This document shows, piece after piece, positions 1 through 15,062 of a stretch of 64,000 nucleotides of DNA. The position numbers and the translations under genes were made by a program. Positions within the stretch are counted from its first letter, which is position 1, and every line of letters starts with the position of its first letter. The notes below the pieces were generated by a model, which saw only the letters and a program-made list of their open reading frames with translations, was not told the DNA's origin and did no database searches. Where the stretch lies: the NCBI RefSeq assembly GCF_009914755.1, contig NC_060934.1. One strand, 5' to 3'. The DNA is from the human T2T-CHM13v2.0 reference genome, Homo sapiens.

Positions 1-888
1 TGTTACACTAAATGGATGCTTCAGTAAGAGGCACCACATTGACCTCATGGTTGTGTGTCCCCCAGCACGCCAGCACTCACATCCAAGACAGCGCCTACCT
101 GAGGGGAAAAGTGCCCACCATGCCTACTGCTGCTCCCCCTCCCTTCTGCCCTCACCACCTCTCCCTCCCACGCTCTGCAAACACTCCCCAACAAGCCATC
201 CCAATTTACATAATCACTCTGTGCTTCTCTGCACAGTCCTTATTTAAGCTGTCCAGAAACCCGCATAAAATAGTGGATTATTCATAGATACGAGGAACCC
301 TTTCCATTTTGCTGCCAGTTTTAAGCTGTTAAACTGCCCACCAATCTGCTGATAAAATACAATAATGTGATTTATCTCCAAACACACAGAAACATCTCAA
401 CGAATCGGATTTACTTTATCTTCCAAAAAATTTTGTTTTGGATTTTCCAAGATGTCCTTTTCACAGCATTGTCCTTGTGATAAGTTGGATGACTTTGAGA
501 AAAAGGCGAGCAATTCATTTATACCCACTCTCCCATCTGATTCCTAGAAATATCTGTCTGCCTCATAATCTCTCTGGAGCCTTTATTGAGCTCCCAGAGG
601 GCAACTCTCGCATTCTCCCCTATCCTAACCTCAGGCTTCACCTCCCGGGAGAGGGACTAGGGACCAAGTAATTAAGTAGCCCCTCCTCCCTTTTATCCCA
701 TGTCCACCATCCTCAACATAATAGAGACCATAATGACCCAGGGTCTTCTGTCACTTCTTCCCACTCCACCCTCATTTCCCTGCAGCTTAGAACATCGCCT
801 ACTTGTGCAAACCCTGATCCTTTCTCCAGAGCCCAGTGGAGTCTCCATGTCATTGCAACCCATCCTCTTCGCCAACTTTTATTCTTAA

Positions 889-1206
889 TTTTTTATTGTT
901 TTTGTTTTTTGGAGACAGGGTCTGGCTCTGTTGCCCAAGCTGGAGGGCAGTGGTACGATCATAGCTCACTACAGCCTTAAACTCATGGGTTCAAGCGATC
1001 CTCCCACCTCAGCACCCCGAGCAGCTGGAACAACAGGCATATGCCATCAAGCCCAGCTAATCTTTTGTGTGTGTGTGTTTCGTTTTGGTAGAGACAGGGT
1101 CTTGCTATATTTTCCAAGTTGGTCTTGAACTCCTAGCCTCAAGCAATCCTCCTGCCTCAGCCTCCCAAAAAGCTGGGATTACAGGCATGAGCCACCATGC
1201 TGGGCC
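889..1206 (-). mobile_element. Alu (AluJ-like)
   Basis: Diverged dimeric Alu in antisense with T-rich tail. Confidence 0.9.
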
Positions 1207-1554
1207 TCTTCACCCTTAGTCTTTTCCCTAAATGGTACCCAAATTGTCTTCTCTTGGCTATTCCTGGCCAGTATAGCTCTATCCCCGGAAAGAATGTGCC
1301 ACTGGCAGAGCTGTACTCCTTACTTCAGGGCTTATGCTATGGTTTTTTCACAGGGCTGTAGGAGGGTTGCGGTAGATAAAGGTAGAGAGGCATATTGGTC
1401 TCTCTCTGCTGCTTTGCCTCCTCTCAGACCATGACTCTTCCATTTCAGTCAGAATCCTCTTCTCCTGGGCCCCCAGTCCCAATCCGTTCTGCCCTTTCTC
1501 CAACCCACTGCTGTTGTCACCTGATTATTCTGCTGCATTTAAGAGACCTTTGAA

Positions 1555-1840
1555 GGCCAGGCATAGTGGCTCACACCTGTAATCCGAGCACTTTGGGAGG
1601 CAGAGGAGGGAGGATCGCTTGAAGCCAGGAGATTCAGGCCTGCCTGAGCAACATAGCGAGATCTTGTCTCTACAAAAATTAAAGAAATTAGCCGGATGTG
1701 GTGGCACACGCCTGTAGTCCTAGCTACTCGGGAGGATCACTTGAGCCCAGGAGTTCAAGGCTGCAGTGAGCTATGATCCCAGCACTGTACTCCTGCCTGG
1801 GCAACAGAGCCAGAACTTATCTGAATAAATGAAATAAAAT
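1555..1840 (+). mobile_element. Alu (AluJ-like)
   Basis: GGCCAGGCATAGTGGCTCACACCTGTAATCC... with A-rich tail. Confidence 0.9.
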
Positions 1841-2142
1841 GCACAATATATGGGTAATTCTGTTTACATTATCATTGTCTTCATCGTACCACCACTATAT
1901 CAACGCCACACTCATCATCATTTCCCTTCCCTTCTCCATGCCCCTTCCACTCTAACACACCTAATTTCTTATTTCCTAAATATGACCACCTCCTTTGCGA
2001 CACCATGACTTAATGCTTTACCCTCTGAAATGTCTGACAAACTGTTAGCTCGCTTTTGAACTATGACTCTGAGTTGGTCCCTGCCTTCTCTGAGCTTCCA
2101 TAACACACTGTTCATACACACATGTAGGTACATTTTACACTG

Positions 2143-2900
<758 letters not shown>

Positions 2901-3404
2901 GATTTTCCAGCTTCGAAAGGCTGCCTACATTTCTTGCCAGCAATTTAGCACCTTTCCTCTGCCTTCTTTTCTGTCCTTACATCTATTTCTCTAGCCCTCC
3001 TGAGTCCTTATTACAAGGACACTGTGATTACAGTAGGCCCACCTGGATAATCCAGAATACTGTCCTCATCTCAAGTCCTTGATCACATCTGCAAAATCCC
3101 TATTGCCATAATGTAAAGTAACACATATACAGGTTCCAGGGATTAGGACTTGAACATTTTGATGGCCAGTATTCTGCCTAGCCACATCAACAAATGTCTC
3201 AGATTCCTCAAAAGATTTTGACATCACCAAGAGGGGCTTGGAGTATGTAGATGAACACAATGCCTTCTGGTTGGTCTTGTTCATATTGTACATACATTTC
3301 TTAGGATTTTGCAAATATTCTAGTATCCAAAATGTTATTATCTGGCTCTTAAAATTTGAAGTCTTTATGTCACAAGTGACAGGCTAGAGCTTGTGCAAAG
3401 TGAA

Positions 3405-3424
3405 TGACCCTATGTGTAAAGTGT
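3405..3424 (+). promoter_or_regulatory. snRNA proximal sequence element (PSE)-like motif
   Basis: TGACCCTATGTGTAAAGTGT at -58, resembling the U1 PSE TGACCGTGTGTGTAAAGAGT. Confidence 0.65.
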
Positions 3425-3462
3425 TTGGAATCAAGGGTGAGATGCCAGGCCACAATAAACTC

Positions 3463-3610
3463 ATACTTACCTACTGGGGGAAATACCATGATCATGAAGG
3501 TGGCTTTCCCAGGGTGAGGCTCATCCATTGCACGCTGGATGTGTTGACGTCTGCAGGAAACCTGACTGCATAATTTGTGGTAGTGGGGGTACTTCACTTT
3601 CATTCCTTTG
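3463..3610 (+). pseudogene. U1 snRNA pseudogene/variant
   Basis: ATACTTACCT 5' end, loop I GATCATGAAG, loop II ATTGCAC, Sm site ATAATTTGTGG; ~15-nt deletion in stem-loop III. Confidence 0.95.
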
Positions 3611-4304
3611 TATCACTGTTGGTCAAATGATAGAAGTCATACTTGGGATGTGTGGCTATTGTTTTGCTTTGTGACTTACAGTTCTCTAAAGTAGATATGA
3701 CATTATGGGGTATGTTGTATGCCTTTGCAGCCATTTCTCAGGATGTATACCCTTAAATATCTCCAGAAACAGCAAGTTATACTATAGCGTAATCTATGCT
3801 AGTGACAGCCTTCCTTTGTACTTTCTCTCCCACTTTACTTTTTGGTTTTTTTTCCAAAATAATTTGATATTTTTATTGAAGTAACGTGAGTGTTTTTGAA
3901 AATATCATACAAAAGGGTTAAACCTGAAAGATGACTCTTCCCCTGACCCCTCCTTCCTCACCTTCCCCATTTGTAGCTGTTTCTTCATTTACCTCAATAT
4001 TTTTGTGCTGGTATTTATCATAAGAATTTCACTGACATTTCCCACCCCAGTACCTTCCCTCCTCCATCCTTTCATTATATAGAGTGCTATAAACTCCATG
4101 TCTGATTCACTTGGTCAGCAGTATGAATCAACTGAGATAAAAAAGAACACTATAGTTAGAGAAAACTACTTTCAAATAGTTCTACACGTTTTTAGATGAC
4201 TCCCAATATGATCATCTAAGGAATGGAACCCATAATCAGAAGACCTAGTTTCAAGTGCTGACTTGCATGGACAATTTCACCTGATACCTGTGTTCCAGAG
4301 GCTT

Positions 4305-4505
4305 AGGCCAGGACCTAATAAATGGACAGATAATAAATATTTTAGGCTCTGCAGGTCATAGCAAATACACAACTCTGCCATTATAACCCAAGGAAGCCAT
4401 AGGCAATACATAAATGAGTGGGCATGGCTACACTGCAAATAAAACTTTATTTGCAAACACAGACTGCAGCTGGTTTGGGCCCCAAGGCTATAGTTTGCCA
4501 ACATC
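4305..4505 (+). mobile_element. MER58-type hAT-Charlie DNA transposon
   Basis: ATAAATATTTTAGGCT...AATAAAACTTTATTTGCAAA...TAGTTTGCCAAC. Confidence 0.75.
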
Positions 4506-7431
4506 AGGATATTACATGGAGATAATAAAAACACATGGGATAGCTATAAGCATTAAATAAATAAAGGTGTGACAGTCCTTTACAGACAAGAAAGCATGAC
4601 ATAGGTGAGAAGAGAGAGTAGGGCTGAGAAGGGAGGCAAAGAGCACTGAAGATAACCTTGCCTTACTCCTTCATTTGCTGCAGGGCCGCTCTGTTTATTA
4701 TGGCACATGATGTGTAAGATGGTACTGAATATGAGCGCTGAATCTGCAGTCTTGCTTCTAGAGGCCAAATTTGAAATCATATTTACAGTACTGTTTCCTG
4801 CAGCTTGAGTTATTTAAGATTTGGTTAATACATTTCAGAGCATACAGACTGGCGTACAGTTTTCAAGACTAGATATAACATCTTATATAATTGACCATGC
4901 AAAAAGTTTTAGGCAAGGAATTCTCATAGCTCTATTATTTTAACAATCAACAAAGATTTACTGATATGTCAGGCACTGTGCCAGAGGGCTGTGGACACAA
5001 AAATGAATGAGACATCACTTTAACTCAAGTCCTTGGTTTAGCAGGGGAAGCGCACATGTATAAAGAGAACAATAGCAAAATGCAATAGTTGTCTTTAAAA
5101 AAGAGAGAGACAGTGGAAGGCTGACATTCCTGCTGTTCATGTCTTTTAAACATCTTTAGGACATGTTGATAGATCTCCACATTTTGAATTCTGCCTTCTC
5201 GATGTAGAATCAAAAAAAAAAAGTTTCCAATCTCCCTTGCTATTAGAATGGAGGCATGTCGCTTTGTTTTTACCAATCAGACACATCTACACAAGACCTG
5301 GATTTGTAAGTAAGTTATGTGAGGGGAAAAGGAAGAGGGTGGGACACCCATTCCATGGGTGATGGTGGCAGCAGAGCAGGCCAGCATGATTTTGGGACCA
5401 AAGGAAGAAACTGCTTCCTCACCAGGAGAACCCGACTCTGGTATGGTGCTGGGAACTGCTGCTGCTGGAAAATGAATCTGAAACTTATTTCCCAAGCCCT
5501 TCCAACAACTCGGTAAGCTTTCTAATTTCCTCAATTGATTCTTTCCTGCTTAAGCTAACTAAAGTGGATTCTGTCATCGGCTATTAAGAACCTGACTGAT
5601 ACATGAAGATTGTTCAAGGTTACTTAAAGTTAAATGGAAAAATAAAGTTTCTCAGAGGCAGTGATGTTAAAGATGAGTCATTCCAGAAGGACATCTCGGA
5701 CTGAATGAATTGCATCTGCAAAGGCCAGGAAGCATATGAGAGCATGCGTTGCTCAGGAAATGAAGATGAATGTGGTTGAAATGTATGGAGCATAAGAAAA
5801 GTGACTAGTGAGGGTGCTGAAAATGTAGGCAGGGATCATGAAGGTTTTTCAATGCCTTGATTGGACATTTATATATTGAATAAATGGAGAGCCATTAATG
5901 AATTTAAGCAGGAGATGGTCAATATCATATTAGCATTTTCAGGAGATCCCTTGGCAGCAGTGTGGAGAATTGAATGCGGGGTAGGAGAGAGACCAGAGCA
6001 GGGAGAACTATTAGGAGGCTATTGCACTCATCCAGGTGAGAGGTAATAAGATCGAAGTTGAAGCAGTGGTGGTATAAATGGAATGGGGGGAGGAGATTGA
6101 TTTTTTTCTGCTGAGATTTTGATTTAATCAGGAAAGAAGAAACAGCAGATTCACCAATATGTTGCTTCTCTACTAGAGGAGATAATATTCCATTAAAAAC
6201 ATCTAAATTGCAACCTTGGATCTCTATCTCCCCAGGGCACACTGCACAGAGCCAGCATGTGAAACCCCTGTGGATACTATCGTGAATGTTTATGTGTCTC
6301 TAGAAGTGGATGGGAGGCAGCGAGATAAAAAGCCTTATTTTATGGCTATGGCCCAGAGCATTCCTTTCAGAAGGAGAGGTGCCTGTGGGACAAGTTGTGA
6401 GATAAATCTTATAAAGATGACATGGTTATTCATTTCCACAGAGTCCCATTTTTCACAGGGTTTCTACATCCAACTTATATCCCCTTGTCTAGGGCAACTC
6501 ATCAAGAAATGTCCCTACCAAGAAAGCTGGAGTTACTAACCATATATGACTTCTAATACAAGGGCTCCAGGGGTTTCCAAACAATTTTTCTATTCAAAGT
6601 AGGGAAGATGGAATGGGGCATGGGACTCCAGGAACAGGAGGGTGTGAGAGAAAGTAAGCAAGAAAAAGAGACAGTGCAGACGTTCTCAGGTGGCCCTCCC
6701 TGCTACACATTCATGCAATGCCTTTTATGCCATTTTTCCCTCCCTCTTGCTCTTTCTCCTTTAAATTGTAACAGTATAAAATATTTAAAGGAATACGTTT
6801 GAAAAGGCAGTAAGTCACCTGTAATCACATCATCTTAGCACAATTAGCTTTCCTTTTCGTGCATTCACTCCTAGCCCTTGTCCTCCATTTGGGTGGCTAA
6901 TTTTAGAGTTCTTATTGGAATATATTTCTTCGGCCCAGTTCCCCAGAAAAGCAGACTCTGAGTCAGATCTCCATGTTGGAGGTTTTTGGGCACAGACAGC
7001 ATTCATTGTGGGGAGTAAGGGAAGCAGAGCTAGCCAGAGGAAGACATTGGACTGAAATGCAGTAACCCCTCAGAGTTCCCCAGATGAAGGCAGGCTCCCA
7101 CCTTTGCCAACCAGTTAGTGAAGTCAGATCGCCTCCAGGGAAGGCCATCACCACCCGTGAGAAGGTTCCTTTCAGACAAAGGCCAAGTCCAGAGAAGAGC
7201 TCAGCTGCGAGTCATAAGCAGCCAATATTCCTGGCAAGTGGGGGAAAGAACGCCTTGATTTCAAAGGCCATACCTAGGCATGCAACAAGCATATAGAATC
7301 CAAGCATAGGGATCAGTAGCACTGCACTACATTAGCAATCTTAAGCAACACGACAAGTCAGCTGGGAAATCATGGGCTTCTTCAGGGTCACACAATGCCA
7401 GGTATCAACTCTCTTTCTTCCACATATCAGC

Positions 7432-7463
<32 letters not shown>

Positions 7464-7582
7464 GAGTTCTGGGATACATGTGCTGAACGTGCAGGTTTGT
7501 TACATAGGTATACATGTGCCATGGTGGTTTGCTGCACCTATCAACCCATCACCCAGGTTTTAAGCCCTACATGCATTAGGTA
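7432..7582 (-). mobile_element. L1PA (PA8-like) 3' terminal fragment
   Basis: PolyT followed by antisense L1 3'UTR (GGGATACATGTG...GGTTTGTTACATAGGTATAC). Confidence 0.9.
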
Positions 7583-8267
7583 TGAGTCGTCAGAGAAGCA
7601 CCTCTGAGCCCAAGTTTCTTTAACGTTAAAATGAGAAAAATACTAAAACCTGACACTGAGGTTTGCAGGAAGATGAAATAAGATAGCATTTACAGGCTAT
7701 ATAGCAAATAGTAAGCACTAACGAAATCAAACTTACTATGATTAGCATTCAGTTCATCTTTGGTCTGTTGAAACATTACATGTGGCAGTCACGTTTAACA
7801 GCTGCGTAATATTGCATCATAATGAATAGTTGCATTACTTTACTTAACCATCTTCTAGTATTTGATACAAAGGTTGTTGCCAATTAATCACTATTAGAGA
7901 GCAAGTAAAAATATGTCTCTTTGCCATGTAACTTTTTTTGTATTTTATTGGTTCCTTAATTCTCTTAGGTAAATTATATTCCTGTGTCAAGTGATGTGGA
8001 TGGCTTCTGTACGATTCTCATTTTCTAAGTCATTCATTCTCTGCAAGACTGTCATGAGCCTCCTCTCAATGAGAAGTGCTGTCACCCAAAATTTCTGACA
8101 GAGCTTCAGCTTCTTCTTCCAGCTCCGGCCGTATGATTGCAGAATCTTTTACTCAAAATATAAATGTATGAAACAACAAACAATCTGAAGTTGTGTTTTG
8201 TTTTGGGTCAACTCTGTTATACCCCAGACACACACATACACACACACAATTTCAGAAATCAAATTCA

Positions 8268-8562
<295 letters not shown>

Positions 8563-9105
8563 AAGTCAAATTCAGACTATTTGCACCTTTAGTTTCATAA
8601 TTAGGTTGGGTTCATAGTTTTTCCCCTTTTACTAAAAATAATTTACGGTTCTAGTTGCCGTGTTTAGGATATATGTAAATGTAAATCATATGAAATAGAG
8701 AAGAAAATTGTTTTAAACACATTGACAGTTTAAAAAAAAGAAAAAAAAAAAAACCTTAAACATAGCCAAAAATGATTGTAATAATAGTGATTAATTCTGG
8801 GTGGTTGAATAATAGGGACCACCATCTTCTCCTTCTTCATCCTTTTCAGTATTTTACAAGCATTCCAAGTGTTCATGTCCATCTTAGAGTGCAGGGTTGG
8901 GGGCAAGTTTGGGCATTTGTCAGACTGACACGGATACAAGACCTTCCTGGCCATTCACTGGCTAGATGATCCCTTGAACTTTACTTGTCGGCTCACAGGG
9001 TTCCTGTGAGGACTAAAAGATATTAAAGCAAATATAGCTGTCCCTAGTGAGTAGTTGGCACCCAACAAAGATTAGATTCCCTCCCCTCTAAAATGGAGGT
9101 GAGGA

Positions 9106-9124
9106 CAGCGCCACCTGGTGGCCC
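9106..9124 (-). promoter_or_regulatory. CTCF motif
   Basis: Minus strand GGCCACCAGGTGGCGCTG matches the CTCF core consensus. Confidence 0.65.
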
Positions 9125-9643
9125 CTGAGGCTGTCGGCCCCTTCCATTGGACCAAGTGAACATTCCCCCACTCATACTCCCTTGAGGCCACCTCCTTTAA
9201 GGCTGAGGCTCAGAAGGATTAAGAATAAAGAGCAATTATAGAACAGATACTGAATAATCAGTTAATTAACATTTCAGAGATAAGGGAACAGAAAACTCAA
9301 ATCCCATAGTATAAATGAATGGCAGACTGAGTCAAAAGGATCCAACTCATAAAAATGTTCCACTCAGAGCCAGAGGAGGCTTCCCGCTCCCAGCCTGGCT
9401 GGTCTTTTGCTTTCTCCTCTTGTCTTACTAAATCTTTTATCTCCCTCTCCCTCCTCCTCCCTCTCTCTAATACTGTGTTCTCCCTTTTCTCTATGGCTCC
9501 TGTTCTTATTTTGCCAGTTTTTCCCATATTTCCCTATTTTCCCTCCCCTGGATTAACTGAGCAGTTTGGGGTTTGCATTCTGTATTTTAATATTATGGGA
9601 GTGGAGGCTTTGATTTTTATGTCCAAAATATTTTATCAAGGTT

Positions 9644-10617
9644 TTTATTTTAAAAGGTGTATATATCATGAAAGAAGTATTTTATTTGAGTCGGAGGAAA
9701 GCCACAGAAGGAAAGCCTCCCCAGTGGTTTAGTGTTGATCCTGGATATTTTGAGCCTGTCAATTTGCTCTGTGAATCTGCTTTCCAGATATGTCAGCAAG
9801 ACTGCATAGGCTTCAAGCGTTTTCTTGAGATTCCCCAAAGAACTAACCCAAGGAACACAGAGAGGATTAGCAGCCTCTCAGACCCACTCAATTCCTGGAA
9901 GATTCTGATACAACTACTGTCTCAGGTTCAAAGGCTTTAGTCAGAGTAACAGGCATCCTCTCTGAACCAGCAGCCCAGTGGTACATGGCTGGGTCCCTGG
10001 GGGTTGGCAGTGGTAGGAATCTAGGAAGAGCGGTCACAACGGCCCCAGCAAACTAATGTACTTTCCTTTCTGGCTTGAGCCCCATTGGGCAGTGAAGGAA
10101 GTGTATGTCTGTATTAGTCTGTTCTCATGCTGCTAATAATGACATACCTGAGACTGAGTAATTTATGAAGGAAAGAGATTTAACCGACTCATAGTTCCAC
10201 ATGGTTGGGGAGGCCTCACAATCATGGCGGAAGGCAAGGATGAACAAAGTCACATCTTACATGGTGGCAGGCAAGAGAGAGTGCTTGTGCAGGGGAACTC
10301 CCATTTATAAAACCATCAGATTTCATGAGACTTATTCACTATCATGAGAGCAGGATGGGAAAGACCTGACCCCAAGATTCAATTACCTCCCACCAAGTCC
10401 CTCCCACAACATGTGGGAATTATGGGAGCTACAATTCAAGATGAGATTTGGGTGGGGCCACAGCCAAACCATATCAACGGCCAACAATCACTTCTGTTCA
10501 CAAGTGGGCTGTGGTCCGCTACTCAGATCAAGATTAAGAGTATAACAATCCACATATGCCTGGACCTCAGACAGCAGGGCCAATATAGGTCGGCAGTGTC
10601 ATTTGCGACAGGAGAGA
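9644..10617 (-). pseudogene. Terminal pseudo-exon(s), interrupted by THE1 (RPILALLSEVQAYVDCYTLNL...LGNLKKTLEAYAVLLTYLESRF...YFFHDIYTF*)
   Basis: ctcattgcag acceptor; ORF 9650-9838 ends in TAA immediately followed by AATAAA (9644-9649). Confidence 0.6.
10110..10476 (-). mobile_element. THE1 (MaLR) solo LTR
   Basis: TGTATTAGTCTGTTCTCATGCTGCT...CAGCCAAACCATATCA; degenerate 5-bp TSD ATGTC/ACGGC. Confidence 0.92.
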
Positions 10618-10955
10618 CTGCAATGAGCAGAGTTTAGATTTACACAAAAAAGTACACTTTTATGAGAACAGTAACTCCTTGATCTTCATCTTTTCCTGAA
10701 ATGTCTGTCCAAATTCTCTTTGGACTGAGTTCTATTTATTGGTTACAAAGGCAGAGAGACATGCCATCTTAGATATTTAGGAAAGGAGAGGCAAATTTTT
10801 GCATGTGTTGTAAACATTTAGATGCCAATCATTCAGAACAAGCTATTAGAAACCCTGGCCTTTCCAAAGAACCCAGCTGCAAAGAACTGCAGTTCACAAG
10901 AGCGGCACTGCCTAGCTGAGAGCTCACACCCCAGTTGCTGTGGTCTGGCCTTGAC

Positions 10956-11559
10956 CTTGGACCCACCAGCTTTGATGACAGGGCAACCCAGACTTGCTCT
11001 GCTCGGATCTTATACCACTTAATGACAACCCCCCAGAATCCAGATTGGCCAATCCCTAACCTGACTCAGGCTACACAATTAGGTTTAGGTATACCGTGCC
11101 CCTCACTCTCTCCAATGACTAGGAGGCCCTGGTCTGGCCAAGTTCTCCCGTTTAATATTATTAGTACTGGTCATTTTGGGACTCATGACTAAGAAAGGAC
11201 AGTAATGGAAAGCACTCAGAGCTCTTCTCCAGAAGAAGGAGGTGATTAACTGTCAGCCACAGCCCAGGCAATTGAGCATGAATGCTGAAGGTTTCACAGC
11301 TTGAAAACTATGACAAAAGGAAGGAGAAGCAACCAGGTGGCCAGGAGACTCTGGTGGATTGCACCAGATAGAAAAATAGGAAATGCCATCAACAGGGCAG
11401 ACATGCTATGGAGATGGACCTGGAGCAGAGGGGACAGAGACAGAAACAGTATCTGTAAAACTCCACCTACCCATAGGACTAGAGTATTATCATCTATGGC
11501 AGCAGTTCAGTTCTGGGCAGAGCCCCGGAGACTCACAAGACAGTTAAATCTGATGGAAT
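10956..11559 (-). pseudogene. Pseudo-exon SIRFNCLVSLRGSAQN*TAAIDDNTLVLWVGGVLQILF...[28 protein letters not shown]
   Basis: gtcttag acceptor, AAG|GTCAAG donor, 604 nt = 2+200 codons+2, matching both neighbours; 8 stops (6 TGA). Confidence 0.55.
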
Positions 11560-11574
11560 CTAAGACATCTAGTT

Positions 11575-11960
11575 TAGGTTATCTGCATCTAAAACTACCT
11601 CAAAACGTAGTGAATTAAAGCACGCTCCTTTTTTATTTTATTTCCTATTATTATGTGGGTTGGCTGGGACTCAGCTGGATGGTTCCTTCCTCTGGGGTCT
11701 CTCCTGAGGCTGCAGTCAGGTGGCTGCACCTTCCAGGATACCTTCTCCCACATGTCTGGCTGCAAGTCTGGAGTGTTTCTCTCTCCCCATGTGGTCTCTC
11801 CACATGGGCTTCTTTCCATGGCAGCTGAACCCTAAGAATGACCATTCCAGAAGGACAGGTTCCCACTATCTGATTGCACCACACATGTTAATGCTCCATT
11901 GACCAAAGCAGTGAAATGGCCAAGCCCAGAATCACAACAGCATACATACCAGGAGGTGAG
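11575..11960 (-). mobile_element. MLT1-type LTR
   Basis: GGACTCAGCTGGATGGTTC...CTCCTGAGGCTGCAGTCAGGTGGCTG...CTCTCCACATGGGCT. Confidence 0.6.
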
Positions 11961-12194
11961 GTGCATGGGAGCCCCAAATAAACAGATGTTCTTATCTGCA
12001 CTCACTCAATTTTTCTTGTGCTGCCAATATTTTATCTTATTTTGTTCTCTTCCTTTCTCCATTAATATTTTATATAGTTTTTGTGAAATTCCCTTCTTTT
12101 CTCAGCTGAGCCAAATGAAAAACAGATTTTTTCCCCACTTCACTTGAAGATTCTAAAATGAAAGCAGTGCCGCTTGCCCTGCTCTCCTACTTAA

Positions 12195-12196
<2 letters not shown>

Positions 12197-12230
<34 letters not shown>

Positions 12231-12238
12231 CACACACC
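12197..12238. repeat. (AC)n microsatellite
   Basis: Direct observation. Confidence 0.95.
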
Positions 12239-12334
12239 CATCATGATGGTGGCCGTGGAAGTCAGTTGGACCAACACCAAAAGAAAGCTGAGCCCCTGGG
12301 AAGGCAGTCATTACCAGTGTTCAACTATCCTTAC

Positions 12335-12651
12335 CTGAGAGTCTTCCTTCCAAACACTCTCAGCAAAAACTTTCCAGTGCCCTGAGTTTGGTTCTTCTTT
12401 TAAGGGAAGCTGCTTCCTCACACAATAGACATTGTTATGTCACTGGTTACAACAAAGCTCTATCACGACTCAAGGACTTTAAAGACAGTAGCCTGAGCCC
12501 AGTTACTGAATGGTGCTGTTTTATCTAATGTCATCAGATCTCTAAAAAGATATTCACCTGAAAGTTGAGTGAAGCCTCTCTATTGTCTTGGGACCAACTC
12601 CTTAGTGGTACCCATAGCATAGTGACCTGCTGCAGTCCCTGACAACTTGAA
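12335..12651 (-). pseudogene. Pseudo-exon SSCQGLQQVTMLWVPLRSWSQDNREASLNFQVNIFLEI...ECLEGRLS
   Basis: ttatttcttag acceptor, CAG|GTAAGG donor, 317 nt = 1+105 codons+1; 6 stops. Confidence 0.6.
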
Positions 12652-12725
12652 CTAAGAAATAACTCAATCTCCTTATTAATGGAAAACTTGATTGAAATGG
12701 AAATTGTATGTACTTCTCCACTTAC

Positions 12726-12784
12726 ATAATCACTGAACAATGCTGGAAGAATTCTGCAGGCATTTTGGCTGCATTTAGCACCTT
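12726..12784 (-). pseudogene. Pseudo-exon KVLNAAKMPAEFFQHCSVI
   Basis: Open frame, TAT|GTAAGT donor, phase 0 in and phase 2 out, 74-nt intron. Confidence 0.6.
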
Positions 12785-13112
12785 CTGTTTCTTTTGTGAG
12801 TAGGGAAAATTCACGCAAAGAAAAAATACATTTAAATGAAATAAGGATTGGGACAGGCTCAACCAAACAGAAAATGTGCAATCTAAATAACAAAGGATTC
12901 CAGGACCTGAATCTGGCAGCAATCTAACCAGCCCCACTTTCAAATATATAGTTAATAAAGAATACATTGGATCACACTCCATGCTCTTAATTTTGAGTTT
13001 GATAAGTTACTAAGACCCTTAGCACTGCTCATTTCTGATGCTCACTGGGATAAGGAAAATGAGTGCTGCCCTAACCCAAAAGGTTGGTCAGTACCAAGGA
13101 AAGATCACTTAC

Positions 13113-13265
13113 AGGCAAAATTGTTTTGCTGATCTCCTGGGCAAGCACCATGTTGGACAGCTACAAACCATCTCTGAGCAATTCCAAACCAGTCAGCTTA
13201 TCTTCCAGCTTTGGAAGAGATGGCTGTTTCTTTCATTGCACTTGAAGGTAAAACACTTGGCTTGC
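13113..13265 (-). pseudogene. Pseudo-exon ASQVFYLQVQ*KKQPSLPKLEDKLTGLELLRDGL*LSNMVLAQEISKTILP
   Basis: ctgatccttacag acceptor, CCT|GTAAGT donor, exactly 153 nt. Confidence 0.7.
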
Positions 13266-14013
13266 CTGTAAGGATCAGTGGTGCAAAAACTGTGTGCATT
13301 TAAGTGCTAGCATCACACTCAGCACAGTGAGAGGCTTCCTGCATGAGAAGCCATCAGAAGCTGAGCCCTCCCAAGGAAACAGCCAGTTCCTGTTTTCGGT
13401 CTGACTGTCACTCTGGGTCTGAAACACACCTTCATTGAATGGAGTGTTGGCCTTTATTGGCTGCTCTGTTCATGCGATTTTCTTTCTTTCTCCCTCTTCC
13501 TGACCTCTCTCTGATAGACACAAGGTGTTGAATTCCTACAATTCTACTATAGTTGATCTCTTTCCCTCTGGCTGTCTGACCACTCTCTTCCAAGTTTTAG
13601 AAGACAGTATAATAAATGGTTAAGAGCAGACATCTGACTGCCAAGGTTCAAAGCTGGCCCCTCTACTTACTAGTCTGTGACCATTACAAGACACTTATTT
13701 CTCTATGCTTAATGTTCTCATCTGAAAAACAGGAATAGTAAGGTTCCCTCGTGGTGTTGTGAATGAAGCATTTAATACTGGATCATAGTACACCATCAAT
13801 AAATGCTATCACTACTAGTAGTAGTAATAATAGTAGCAGCAGCATTATTGTTTTTATTATTACTGCAACAACTAAAATTTTAATTCCCAATCTAAGTTCA
13901 GCCAGGCCATAGTCCCAAACCCAGGGCTGTCCACAGGCAGGAGAAATGTAGCAGTCCCTCCATGGCTCAACACCAAGTCCATGTTGCTGCGTATCCCCCT
14001 CTGACCTTAGTAC

Positions 14014-14735
<722 letters not shown>

Positions 14736-15005
14736 CCACAAATGACAGTAAATAGATAACAGTTATGAGTACATACCAGGCGTTGTTCTAAAAACTTTAT
14801 GCAAAATAACTCATTTTCTCCTCACATCAACTTTAGGAAGCAGGTACTATTATTAGTTCATTTTCGCTTATAAGGTAACTGATGGACAGAGAGGTTCAGT
14901 AGTTTTCCTGAGAAATCACAGCTACTTAATGGTGGCTCCAGGATCAACCCTAGAACTGTGGCTCCATAACCCACCCTACAGTATATAGGAAAACTCTCCT
15001 AAAAC

Positions 15006-15007
<2 letters not shown>

Positions 15008-15060
<53 letters not shown>
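15008..15060. repeat. (TG)n microsatellite
   Basis: ~26 perfect units. Confidence 0.97.
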
Positions 15061-15062
<2 letters not shown>

